Shown here piece by piece: positions 1 through 8,876 of a DNA stretch of 32,000 nt (positions are counted from its first letter, which is position 1; each line of letters begins with the position of its first letter). The notes below the pieces were generated by a model. The model saw only the letters and a program-made list of their open reading frames with translations. It was not told where the DNA came from and made no database searches. A program made the position numbers and the translations under genes. The DNA is from Candidatus Saccharimonadota bacterium (GTDB taxonomy: Bacteria > Pseudomonadota > Gammaproteobacteria > Burkholderiales > Burkholderiaceae): positions 300,001-332,000 of the forward strand of contig NZ_OZ026462.1 of NCBI RefSeq assembly GCF_964019745.1. Direction: 5' to 3'.

Positions 1-400
1 ATTTTTTAGAGATTTTATCAATTTCATCTATAAAAATAATACCTTTTTCTGCTTTTTTAATATTAAATTCACAATTTTGTAATAATCTTTGAATAATAGT
101 TTCAACATCTTCACCAACATAACCAGCTTCTGTTAAAGTTGTAGCATCTGTAATAACAAATGGTACATTAATAGCTTTTGCTAATATTTGAGCTAAAAAA
201 GTTTTTCCAGTTCCTGTAGGCCCTATTAATAAAATATTAGTTTTATATAAATTTATGCTATTTTTTTTTTTAAAAAAAAATAAACGTTTATAGTGATTAT
301 AAATAGTAACTGATAATATTTTTTTAGTTTTTTTTTGACCTATAATATATTTATTTAAAAAAATACAAATTTCTTTAGGTGTTGGAAAGTTAAATTTCAT
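1..400 (-). CDS. clpX: ClpX, ATPase subunit of the Clp protease. Only the 5' part is present because the gene runs off the left edge. It starts directly at the AAA+ module.
   Basis: Manual reverse-strand translation from the ATG at 398-400 gives [40 protein letters not shown]...[79 protein letters not shown]. It has the Walker A motif GPTGTGKT and the ClpX-typical [13 protein letters not shown] and IDEIDKI blocks. An in-frame TAA lies 10 codons upstream at 428-430. It is absent from the ORF track because there is no stop inside the window. Confidence 0.85.
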   Translation of the reverse strand, partial: MKFNFPTPKEICIFLNKYIIGQKKTKKILSVTIYNHYKRLFFFKKKNSINLYKTNILLIGPTGTGKTFLAQILAKAINVPFVITDATTLTEAGYVGEDVETIIQRLLQNCEFNIKKAEKGIIFIDEIDKISKK

Positions 401-563
401 TTTTTTTAAATTAATAATTTTTTTTATTTAAAATAATAAATATTTTTTAAAAAAATATAGAATATATAAATTAATAAATTAATAAATTAATAAAATTTAA
501 TATATATTATAAATGTATGTAAATATTTTTAAAATGTTAATATATTAAAAATATCTTAATAAG

Positions 564-637
564 TGGAGGTTATCGGAATTGAACCGATGACCCCCTGCTT
601 GCAAAGCAGGTGCTCTACCAATCTAAGCTAAACCCCC
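564..637 (-). tRNA. tRNA-Ala (anticodon UGC)
   Basis: The reverse strand reads GGGGGTTTAGCTTAGATTGGTAGAGCACCTGCTTTGCAAGCAGGGGGTCATCGGTTCAATTCCGATAACCTCCA and folds into a cloverleaf by hand. The anticodon loop is CTTTGCAAG. The G3:U70 alanine identity pair and a GGTTCAATTCC T-arm are present. It is a GC-rich island in an AT background, and no CCA is encoded. Confidence 0.9.
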
Positions 638-649
638 ATTTTTCATATT

Positions 650-722
650 TAGGCCTAGTTGGTTTTGAACCAACGACCTTCGCGTTATCAACACGATGCT
701 CTACCAACTGAGCTATAGACCC
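650..722 (-). tRNA. tRNA-Ile (anticodon GAU)
   Basis: The reverse strand reads GGGTCTATAGCTCAGTTGGTAGAGCATCGTGTTGATAACGCGAAGGTCGTTGGTTCAAAACCAACTAGGCCTA. GAT occupies positions 34-36 in a 7-nt loop (TTGATAA). The T-arm is GTTGG/TTCAAAA/CCAAC. It lies 12 nt upstream of tRNA-Ala on the same strand. Confidence 0.88.
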
Positions 723-841
723 TTTTTTATTATATAAAATATTTTTAATATTATAAAAAATGTAAAAACAAATAATTTTTTAAAATGATTATTAATATTT
801 TAATAATTTATTAAATATTATTTTTATATTTTTTTAAAAAA

Positions 842-913
842 TAGGTGCTGAGAGAATTGAACTCACGACCCATGCCTTGTAAAAGCATTGCTCTACCACT
901 GAGCTAAGCACCT
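842..913 (-). tRNA. tRNA-Val (anticodon UAC)
   Basis: The reverse strand reads AGGTGCTTAGCTCAGTGGTAGAGCAATGCTTTTACAAGGCATGGGTCGTGAGTTCAATTCTCTCAGCACCTA. The acceptor stem AGGTGCT/AGCACCT is perfect and the anticodon loop is TTTACAA. There is one U-U mismatch in the T-stem. Confidence 0.85.
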
Positions 914-1034
914 ATTTTTATACATTATATTATAATTTTATTAAAAAGTATATATAATATATATATTTTTAAAATATTATTTATAATAAAAAATAATTTA
1001 ACTAAATAAGTTTATATTAAAATTTATAATAAAT

Positions 1035-3446
1035 ATGTTAAATAATATACAAAATAATTTATATAAAAAAAGAAATTTAATTTTTTTAAAAGATATTTGT
1101 ATAAATGATATAAATTTTGTAGGTGGTAAAAATGCTTCTTTAGGTGAAATGATTAATAAATTAACTAATATTGGTGTATTAATTCCTGATGGTTTTGTTA
1201 CTACATCATATGCTTTTAAGAATTTTTTAAATCAAAAAATAAATAAAAAATATTCTTTAAAGGAAATAATTAAAAATTTTTTAAAATTATTAAAAATTAA
1301 AAATGTTAAAAATCTTAAAAAAATAGGTTATAAAATACGTAAATTTATTATTAAAACTTCTTTTACAATAAAATTTAAAAAAGATTTTTTTTTTTTTTAT
1401 AAAAATTTTATTAAAAAAAAAAAAAAAAAATCTTTTGCTATTAGATCTTCTTCTACATTAGAAGATTTAAATAATGCCTCTTTTGCTGGTCAACAAGAAA
1501 CTTTTTTAAATATTTATGGAATTAATAATATATTAAAAGCTATAAAAATAGTATTTGCTTCTTTATATAATAATAGAGCAATTTCATATAGAAATTTTTA
1601 TATATTTGATAAAAAAAATTTTTATATTTCTGTATGTATACAAGAAATGGTTCGTTCTGATATTGGAATATCAGGTGTTATGTTTACACTTGATACAGAA
1701 TCTGGTTTTGAAGATGTTATACTTATTAATTCTAATTATGGTTTAGGTGAAACTATTGTTCAAGGTATAGTAAATCCAGATGAATTTTATGTTCATAAAA
1801 CTACTTTAAAAAAAAATAAATTTCCTATTATTCAACGTAATATTGGTTCTAAATTATTTAAAATGAATTTTAATAATTCTATAAAAAATTTTAGTAAAAC
1901 TACAAAAATTACTAAAACTAGTAAGTTAATGCAAAAAAAATTTTCTTTAACTAATAAACAAATTATAAAACTTTCAAAATTAGCATTAATAATAGAAAAA
2001 TATTATAAATATTTAATGGATATTGAATGGAGTATAGATGGTTTAAATAAAAAAATTTATATTTTACAAGCTAGACCAGAAACTATTAAATCACAAAGAA
2101 AAAATATAAAAATTCAAAAAAATTTTCAATTTAAAAAAAAAAAAATTTTAACATTTGGAAAATCAATAGGTCAAAGAGTTGGTTTTGGAAGAGTAAAAAT
2201 AATAAATAATTTTTCTGATATATATTTAATAAAAAAGGGTGATATCTTAGTAACAGATATAACAAATCCAAATTGGGAAATAATAATGAAAAAAACTTCT
2301 GCTATTGTAACAAATAGAGGTGGAAAAACTTGTCATGCAGCAATTATAGCTCGAGAATTAGGAGTACCAGCAATAGTGGGATGTATAAATGCGACAAAAG
2401 TGTTAAAAAAAAATAAAATTGTAACTGTTTCTTGTTTAGAAGGTGAAGAAGGTAAAGTATATGAAGGTTTATTAAATATAAAAGTTATAAATTTTAAACA
2501 AACAAAAAAAATTAAATTGCCATTAAAAATTATGATAAATATAGGTAATCCTAAAATGGCTTTTGAATTTTTTTCAATTCCTAATAATGGAATTGGTTTA
2601 ACAAGATTAGAATTTATTATTAATAATTATATTAAAATTCATCCTAAAGTAATTTTAAATTATCCAAATATTAATAAAAATTTAAAAAAAATAGTTGATT
2701 TAATATCTTATGGTTATTCTACTCCTAAACAATATTATATAGAAAAATTAACTGAAGGTATTAGTACTATAGCTGCTACTTTTTGGCCTAAACCAGTAAT
2801 TATACGTTTTTCAGATTTTAAATCTAATGAATATAAAAAATTATTAGGTGGTAAAATTTATGAGCCTAAAGAAGAAAATCCTATGATTGGTTTTAGAGGA
2901 GTTACTAGATATTTATCTAAAGATTTTTTAGAATCTTTTTTAATAGAATGTAATGTAATTAAAAAAATTAGAAATGATATGGGTTTAACAAATATACAAA
3001 TAATGATTCCATTTATTAGAACTTTAAAGCAAACAAATAAAATAATTAAATTATTAAATTTAAATAATTTAAAGAGATTTAAAAAAGGATTAAAAATTAT
3101 TATGATGTGTGAAATCCCTTCAAATGTTATTTTAGCAAATTTTTTTTTAAATAATTTTGATGGTTTTTCTATTGGTTCAAATGATTTAACACAATTAATA
3201 TTAGGTTTAGATAGAGATTCTGGTATACGTTTAATATCAAAAGATTTTAATGAAGAAAATTTAGCTTTAAAAAAAAAAATTAATAAAATTATAAAAATTT
3301 GTAAAAAAAATAATAAATATATTGGAATTTGTGGACAAGGTCCTTCAGATAATATTTTTTTTACAAAATGGTTAATATATAAAAAAATAAATTCTATTTC
3401 TTTAAATCCTGATTCTGTAATTAATATATTACAAAGATTAATATAA
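1035..3446 (+). CDS. ppsA: Phosphoenolpyruvate synthase (pyruvate, water dikinase)
   Basis: This is an 803-aa ORF. It has the N-terminal ATP-grasp signature FVGGKNASLGEM, the phosphohistidine swivel motif TNRGGKTCHAAIIARELGVPAIVG, and the C-terminal PEP-utilising block FSIGSNDLTQL and CGQGPSD. Its length matches bacterial PpsA (about 790-800 aa). Confidence 0.92.
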   Translation: MLNNIQNNLYKKRNLIFLKDICINDINFVGGKNASLGEMINKLTNIGVLIPDGFVTTSYAFKNFLNQKINKKYSLKEIIKNFLKLLKIKNVKNLKKIGYKIRKFIIKTSFTIKFKKDFFFFYKNFIKKKKKKSFAIRSSSTLEDLNNASFAGQQETFLNIYGINNILKAIKIVFASLYNNRAISYRNFYIFDKKNFYISVCIQEMVRSDIGISGVMFTLDTESGFEDVILINSNYGLGETIVQGIVNPDEFYVHKTTLKKNKFPIIQRNIGSKLFKMNFNNSIKNFSKTTKITKTSKLMQKKFSLTNKQIIKLSKLALIIEKYYKYLMDIEWSIDGLNKKIYILQARPETIKSQRKNIKIQKNFQFKKKKILTFGKSIGQRVGFGRVKIINNFSDIYLIKKGDILVTDITNPNWEIIMKKTSAIVTNRGGKTCHAAIIARELGVPAIVGCINATKVLKKNKIVTVSCLEGEEGKVYEGLLNIKVINFKQTKKIKLPLKIMINIGNPKMAFEFFSIPNNGIGLTRLEFIINNYIKIHPKVILNYPNINKNLKKIVDLISYGYSTPKQYYIEKLTEGISTIAATFWPKPVIIRFSDFKSNEYKKLLGGKIYEPKEENPMIGFRGVTRYLSKDFLESFLIECNVIKKIRNDMGLTNIQIMIPFIRTLKQTNKIIKLLNLNNLKRFKKGLKIIMMCEIPSNVILANFFLNNFDGFSIGSNDLTQLILGLDRDSGIRLISKDFNEENLALKKKINKIIKICKKNNKYIGICGQGPSDNIFFTKWLIYKKINSISLNPDSVINILQRLI

Positions 3447-3734
3447 TAATATTATTAAAAATATATATTAAAGATATAAAAATAAATAAATTTTATAAAA
3501 TTTTAAATTAAATATAATTATTAAAATATAATAAAAATATAATTATAAAAAATATTTTAAATAAAAATATTAAAAATATAAATATATTTTTATTATTAAT
3601 TAATAATTATATTTATTAAAAATATTAATTAAAAATAATAATTATTAAAATTAAATATTTTTTTTATAAATAAAAAATATTTAATTTAAATAATTTTATT
3701 TTTTAAAAAAATAAATTTATATTTATTATTAATA

Positions 3735-4802
3735 ATGTTTATAAATATTTTAAATATAAATATTGATATTTTTAAAAAATATATAAATAAATTAGAAAAA
3801 AAAAAATTTTGTGCTGATCAAATTTTAAGATGGATATATAAATATAATATTAGAAATTTTAATGAAATGACTAATATTTCAAAAAAAATAAAAAGAAAAA
3901 TGAATATGTTATTTTATATTTCTATTCCTAATATTATAAATAAAAAAATATCTAATGATGGTGTTATAAAATGGCTTATGGGTTTTAATAATAAAAATTA
4001 TTTTGAAACAGTATTAATAATAAAAAATTATAAAGCTACATTATGTATTTCAAGTCAAATAGGATGTATAATAAAATGTTTATTTTGTTATACAGGTAGT
4101 TTAGGTTTTAAAAAAAATTTAAATATTAGTGAAATTATTGGACAACTTTTACAAGTTAAACATGAATTAAAATATAATAATTTTTTTTATTTTATTAAAA
4201 ATATTAATATTACAAATATTGTTTTTATGGGTATGGGTGAACCTTTATTAAATTTTAAGAATGTTTTAGCTACTTTAAAAATAATAACAAATATTAATTT
4301 ATTTGCAATTTCTAAAAAACATATTATTTTATCTACAAGTGGAATAATACCAATGATAAAAAAATTATCATTAGAATGTCCTGTATCATTAGCAATTTCT
4401 TTACATGCTTCTAATAATAAATTACGTAATAAATTAGTACCAATTAATAAAAAATATTCCTTAAAAAAATTATTAAAATCTTGTAAAAATTATATAAAAT
4501 ATTCTCCTAAAAAAAATATTACTTTTGAATATTGTATGTTAAATAAAATAAATGATTATAAATATCATGCTTATGAAATATTAAAATTAATTTATAATAA
4601 AAAAAAAAAAAAAATGTTAAATTGTAAATTTAATTTAATTCCTTTTAATATTTTTCCAAAAACTAATTTTAAAAGTTCTTCTGAAAATAGAATTAAAAAA
4701 TTTGCTAATATATTAATAAAAGCTGGGATTATAACTACAATTAGAAAAACTAAAGGTTTTAGTATTAATGCTTCATGTGGTCAATTAATAGGTAAATTGT
4801 AA
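3735..4802 (+). CDS. rlmN: Radical-SAM dual-specificity rRNA/tRNA adenine-C2 methyltransferase RlmN
   Basis: This is a 355-aa ORF. It has the radical-SAM CxxxCxxC cluster motif (GCIIKCLFCYTG), the GMGEPLLN motif and the C-terminal catalytic Cys context (NASCGQL). The N-terminus (ADQILRWIY) is typical of RlmN, and the position upstream of hisS is conserved. Confidence 0.85.
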   Translation: MFINILNINIDIFKKYINKLEKKKFCADQILRWIYKYNIRNFNEMTNISKKIKRKMNMLFYISIPNIINKKISNDGVIKWLMGFNNKNYFETVLIIKNYKATLCISSQIGCIIKCLFCYTGSLGFKKNLNISEIIGQLLQVKHELKYNNFFYFIKNINITNIVFMGMGEPLLNFKNVLATLKIITNINLFAISKKHIILSTSGIIPMIKKLSLECPVSLAISLHASNNKLRNKLVPINKKYSLKKLLKSCKNYIKYSPKKNITFEYCMLNKINDYKYHAYEILKLIYNKKKKKMLNCKFNLIPFNIFPKTNFKSSSENRIKKFANILIKAGIITTIRKTKGFSINASCGQLIGKL

Positions 4803-4834
4803 AAATATTTTAAATATATTATAAATATATAAAA

Positions 4835-6139
4835 ATGTATTCTAAAAATAAAAAAATTTTAAGTGTTAAAGGTATGCATGATATTTTACCAATAGATATT
4901 GGTATTTGGGAATTTGTAGAAAATACAATATATAATATATTAAATAGTTATGGATTTAAAAAAATAATAACTCCAATAGTTGAATATACAAATTTATTTA
5001 AAAAAACTTTATATGGTTCAAATGATATTTTTTTAAAAGAAATGTATTCTTTTCAAGATAAATTAAATGGTGAAAAATTAACATTAAGACCTGAAAATAC
5101 TTCAGGAGTTATTAGATCAATAATAGAACATAATTTAATACATTATGGAATAAAAAAAATTTATTATTCTGGTGCAATGTTTCGTCATGAAAAACCGCAA
5201 TTTGGTAGATATCGTCAATTTCATCAAATAGGTGCTGAAGCTATAGATTATATAGGACCAGATATTGATGCTGAAATTATTATAATGTGTAATAGAATTT
5301 GGAAAAAATTAAATATAAAAAATATAATATTAGAAATAAATTCTATTGGTGATATAGAAGATAGAAGATTATATAATAATGATCTTATTATATTTTTTAA
5401 AAAATATGAATATATGTTTAATTCTAATGAATTAAAAAAATTTTATTCAAATCCTATTAGTATTTTTGATACAAAAAATTTAGAAATAATTAAAATAATA
5501 AATTTAGCTCCTAAATTATATAATTATATTAATAATAATTCTATATATCATTTTGAAGAAATTAAAAAAATATTATTAAATAATAAAATTTATTTTAAAA
5601 TAAATAATTATTTAGTAAGAGGAATAAATTATTATAATAAAACAGTATTTGAATGGAAAGATAAAGATAAAAATTATTCACAAAACACAATTTGTGCAGG
5701 AGGTCGTTATGATTATTTAATAGAAAAAATAAGTGGAAAAAATATTCCAGGATGTGGTTTTGCTATAGGAATGGAAAGATTAATAGAAAAATTAAAATTT
5801 AATAATTTTAAAAAAAAAGAATATAAATATGATATATATATTATATATAAAGGTAAACAAGCTAAATTAAAATCTTTTTTATTAGCTGAAAAACTTAGAG
5901 ATATAGGAAAAAAAGTTATTTTACATTGTGAGCATAAAGAAAAAAATTCTAATATTAAATCACAAATAAAATTAGCAAATAAAAATAAAGTAAAATATTC
6001 TATAATAATTGGAGAAAAAGAGATTAAAAATAATACAGTTATTATTAAAAATATGAAATATTTTTTTAAAAAAAAACAGATAGAAATTCCTTTATTAAAA
6101 ATAATTGATTTTTTTAAAAATAAAAAATATAATTTATAA
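4835..6139 (+). CDS. hisS: Histidine--tRNA ligase
   Basis: This is a 434-aa ORF with class II HisRS motifs: LRPENTSGVIRS, MFRHEKPQFGRYRQFHQIG, AGGRYDYL and GFAIGMERL. Confidence 0.92.
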   Translation: MYSKNKKILSVKGMHDILPIDIGIWEFVENTIYNILNSYGFKKIITPIVEYTNLFKKTLYGSNDIFLKEMYSFQDKLNGEKLTLRPENTSGVIRSIIEHNLIHYGIKKIYYSGAMFRHEKPQFGRYRQFHQIGAEAIDYIGPDIDAEIIIMCNRIWKKLNIKNIILEINSIGDIEDRRLYNNDLIIFFKKYEYMFNSNELKKFYSNPISIFDTKNLEIIKIINLAPKLYNYINNNSIYHFEEIKKILLNNKIYFKINNYLVRGINYYNKTVFEWKDKDKNYSQNTICAGGRYDYLIEKISGKNIPGCGFAIGMERLIEKLKFNNFKKKEYKYDIYIIYKGKQAKLKSFLLAEKLRDIGKKVILHCEHKEKNSNIKSQIKLANKNKVKYSIIIGEKEIKNNTVIIKNMKYFFKKKQIEIPLLKIIDFFKNKKYNL

Positions 6140-6163
6140 AATATATTATTTATATATTAAAAT

Positions 6164-7507
6164 ATGTTATATACTTTTTCTATTATAGGTAGAACAAATG
6201 TTGGAAAATCAGTTTTATTTAATAGATTAACTAATACTAAAAAATCTTTAGTTGCTAATTTTTCTGAAACTACTAGAGATAGAAATTATGGTATATGTGT
6301 AATAAATAATTATAAATTTATACTTATTGATACTGGAGGATTTAATCCTCATATAAAAAATGGAATACTTTATGAAGTAGCAAAACAAACTAAACAAGCA
6401 ATTTTTGAATCTGATTTAATAATATTTTTAGTAGATGGACGTTATGGATTAACTTTTAATGATAAAAATATTGCTATATTTTTAAAAAAATATAATATTA
6501 CTACTATTTTAGCAATAAATAAAATAGAACATAAAAAGCATTTATCAAAAATATATGATTTTTATGAATTAGGACTAGGAATACCTAGTATAATTTCTGC
6601 TTTACATGGAAAAGGTATAGATAGTTTAATAGAAAAAATATTTAAAATAGTTAATTTAAAAAATAAATTACAAATAAATAAAAAAAAAGAAATAAATAAT
6701 AAAATTAGTAATTCAATTATTTTTTCTGTTGTTGGACAACCTAATGTTGGAAAATCGACTTTAATTAATAAACTTTTAAATAAAAATCGTGTTATAGTTC
6801 ATGATTTTCCTGGTACTACTAGAGATTCTATAGAAATAGAATTAAAATATTTAAATAAAAAATATATTGTAATAGATACAGCTGGTGTTAGTAAAAAAAA
6901 TAAAAAAAATAATTTTATTGAAAAATTTTCAATTATTAAAACTTTAAATTCAATTAAAAAATCTAATGTAATATTATTAATGATAGATGCAACTTGTAAA
7001 ATTTCTGTACAAGATATAAATATAGCAAAATTTATTTTAAATTTAGGAAAGTCTTTAGTAATTGCTTTTAATAAATGTGATTTATTAAATTTACAAGAAA
7101 AAAAAAATATTAAAAATATTTTTAATATAAAAATGAATTTTTTATATTTTGTAAATTTTTTTTTTATTTCTTCATTAAATTTAATAGGCATTAAATTATT
7201 AATGAAAGGTATAAATAAAGCTTATTTATCTTCTAAAATAAAATTTAAATCTTTTGAAATAAATAAAATTTTAAAAAATGCAATAATTTCTCATCCTCCT
7301 AAAAAAAAAGGATTTTTTAAACCAAAATTAAAATATGCTCATCAAGGTGGTAAAAATCCTCTAATTATTGTTATTCATGGAAATTCTTTAAATTTTTTAG
7401 AAAAAAGTTATAAACGTTATTTAATAAATTTTTTTTTAAAATCATTTTTTATTGTTGGTACTCCTTTAAAATTAGAATTTAAAAATAGTTATAATCCTTA
7501 TAATTAA
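6164..7507 (+). CDS. der: Ribosome-associated GTPase Der (EngA)
   Basis: This is a 447-aa ORF with two tandem GTPase domains. The P-loops are GRTNVGKS and GQPNVGKS, with DTGG/DTAG and NKIE/NKCD motifs. The C-terminal KH-like tail reads KLKYAHQGGKNPLIIVIHGN. Confidence 0.92.
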   Translation: MLYTFSIIGRTNVGKSVLFNRLTNTKKSLVANFSETTRDRNYGICVINNYKFILIDTGGFNPHIKNGILYEVAKQTKQAIFESDLIIFLVDGRYGLTFNDKNIAIFLKKYNITTILAINKIEHKKHLSKIYDFYELGLGIPSIISALHGKGIDSLIEKIFKIVNLKNKLQINKKKEINNKISNSIIFSVVGQPNVGKSTLINKLLNKNRVIVHDFPGTTRDSIEIELKYLNKKYIVIDTAGVSKKNKKNNFIEKFSIIKTLNSIKKSNVILLMIDATCKISVQDINIAKFILNLGKSLVIAFNKCDLLNLQEKKNIKNIFNIKMNFLYFVNFFFISSLNLIGIKLLMKGINKAYLSSKIKFKSFEINKILKNAIISHPPKKKGFFKPKLKYAHQGGKNPLIIVIHGNSLNFLEKSYKRYLINFFLKSFFIVGTPLKLEFKNSYNPYN

Positions 7508-7601
7508 AATTATTATTATAATATAATATATAATAAAATATAAATAATTTTTAAAATTTATTAAATTAAATAATTAATTTATATTTTATAATATAATATA
7601 T

Positions 7602-8750
7602 ATGAATTTTTTTTTGGAAAATACTTCTAATATTTTACCACCTCAAGCTAGAAATATAGAAAAACTTCGTTATAAATTATTATCTTTTTTTCAAAAATTT
7701 GGATATATAATGATCACACCATCATTATTTAAATATATTAATTTTTTTTTTTTTAAAAAAAAAATTAAAGAAAATATAAATTATAATTTATATAAAAAAT
7801 TAAAAAAATTTTCTAATTTTTTTTTAAAAATTAAAAAAAAAAAAATTTTTGAAATTTTTAAAATTGCTACTTATCTTTTAAAAAAAAATTCTATAATAAA
7901 AATATGTTATATTAATAATATTTTATATACTACTAAAACATTAAATACATATATAAAAAAAGAATTTAATGAAATAGGTATAGGTATATATGGAAAAAAT
8001 AATTTAAAATTTGATATTGAAATTCAAGAATTAGCTTTATTAATTTTAAAAAAAATAGGAATTTTAAATATTAAAGTAAGTTTGTGTCATACAGAAATTT
8101 TAAAATCAATTATTAAAAAAGATTTGATGGCTAAAAAACAAGAAAATTATTTATCATATTTATTATTTACTAAAAATATTTTTAAATTAAAAATTTTAAC
8201 TAAAAATTTTTTACCTGAAGTAAAAAAAAATTTATTAAAAGTTCCTTATTTATATGGAAATATAAATATTTTAAAAAAAGCTAAAAAAATTTTTTTATTT
8301 TTTCCTAAAATTATTAAAGCTTTAGAAGAATTAGAAAATTTAATTAAATTAATAAAAAATAAAAATTATATTATAGATTTATCTGATTTTAACAATTATT
8401 ATATGTATAATGGAATTATATTTAATATATATCATTTAAATTATTCTAATTCTATTATAGAAGGTGGAAGATATAATTTTTTTACAAAATTTTATAAAAG
8501 AATAAAATCAACTGTAGGATTTACTATAAATTTAAAAAGAATTTTAAATTTAATTTTTAAAAAGAAAAAAAAAAAAGCTATATATGCGCCATGGTGTAAT
8601 AATTTATTATTAAAAAAAAAAATTTTAAAATTGCGTAATATTGGAGAAATTGTTATTCAAAATATTTCTCATATTAATAAATATTATGAATATAAATTTA
8701 ATAGAATTATTAAATTTAAAAAAGGATTTTGGGATATTTTATATTTTTAA
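7602..8750 (+). CDS. hisZ: ATP phosphoribosyltransferase regulatory subunit HisZ (a HisRS paralogue), strongly degenerate
   Basis: This is a 382-aa ORF. The N-terminus LPPQARNIEKLRYKLLSFFQKFGYIMITPSLFKY matches the HisZ/HisRS-like start, and there is a GGRYN motif near residue 290. It has no anticodon-binding domain. The central region is K/F/I low-complexity sequence. Confidence 0.6.
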   Translation: MNFFLENTSNILPPQARNIEKLRYKLLSFFQKFGYIMITPSLFKYINFFFFKKKIKENINYNLYKKLKKFSNFFLKIKKKKIFEIFKIATYLLKKNSIIKICYINNILYTTKTLNTYIKKEFNEIGIGIYGKNNLKFDIEIQELALLILKKIGILNIKVSLCHTEILKSIIKKDLMAKKQENYLSYLLFTKNIFKLKILTKNFLPEVKKNLLKVPYLYGNINILKKAKKIFLFFPKIIKALEELENLIKLIKNKNYIIDLSDFNNYYMYNGIIFNIYHLNYSNSIIEGGRYNFFTKFYKRIKSTVGFTINLKRILNLIFKKKKKKAIYAPWCNNLLLKKKILKLRNIGEIVIQNISHINKYYEYKFNRIIKFKKGFWDILYF

Positions 8751-8755
8751 AAATT

Positions 8756-8845
8756 GGAAGTGTGGCAGAGTGGTTTAATGCTCAGGTTTTGAAAACCTGT
8801 GTGTAGTTTTATACTTCACCGTGAGTTCGAATCTCACCACTTCCT
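8756..8845 (+). tRNA. tRNA-Ser (anticodon UGA), class II with a long variable arm
   Basis: The sequence is GGAAGTGTGGCAGAGTGGTTTAATGCTCAGGTTTTGAAAACCTGTGTGTAGTTTTATACTTCACCGTGAGTTCGAATCTCACCACTTCCT. The acceptor stem is GGAAGTG/CACTTCC, the anticodon stem is CAGGT/ACCTG with loop TTTGAAA, and the T-arm is GTGAG/TTCGAAT/CTCAC. Confidence 0.9.
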
Positions 8846-8876
8846 AAGAATAATAAATAAAATATAAAAATAATAT

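Noticed and set aside
914-1034. The divergent (clpX/tRNAs versus ppsA) and convergent (near 15.5-17.6 kb) switches in gene orientation as markers of a replication origin and terminus.
   Set aside because: The plus-strand gene block (1035-15474) followed by a minus-strand block (17645-32000) is striking. However, an origin and a terminus only 15 kb apart make no sense. I found no DnaA-box-like TTATCCACA motif, and I cannot compute skew by eye. Whole-genome cumulative skew analysis is needed.
1555-1746. A 63-aa ORF on the plus strand inside ppsA, in another frame.
   Set aside because: It lies entirely within the well-supported ppsA CDS. Its sequence is I/L/Y/F-rich low-complexity sequence with no recognisable motif. 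Such ORFs are expected in A/T-rich DNA where stop codons happen to be missed.
6799-7191. A 130-aa ORF antisense to der.
   Set aside because: It is antisense to a conserved GTPase gene. Its composition (F/K/I/L) is simply the complement of the A-rich sense strand, and it has no motifs.
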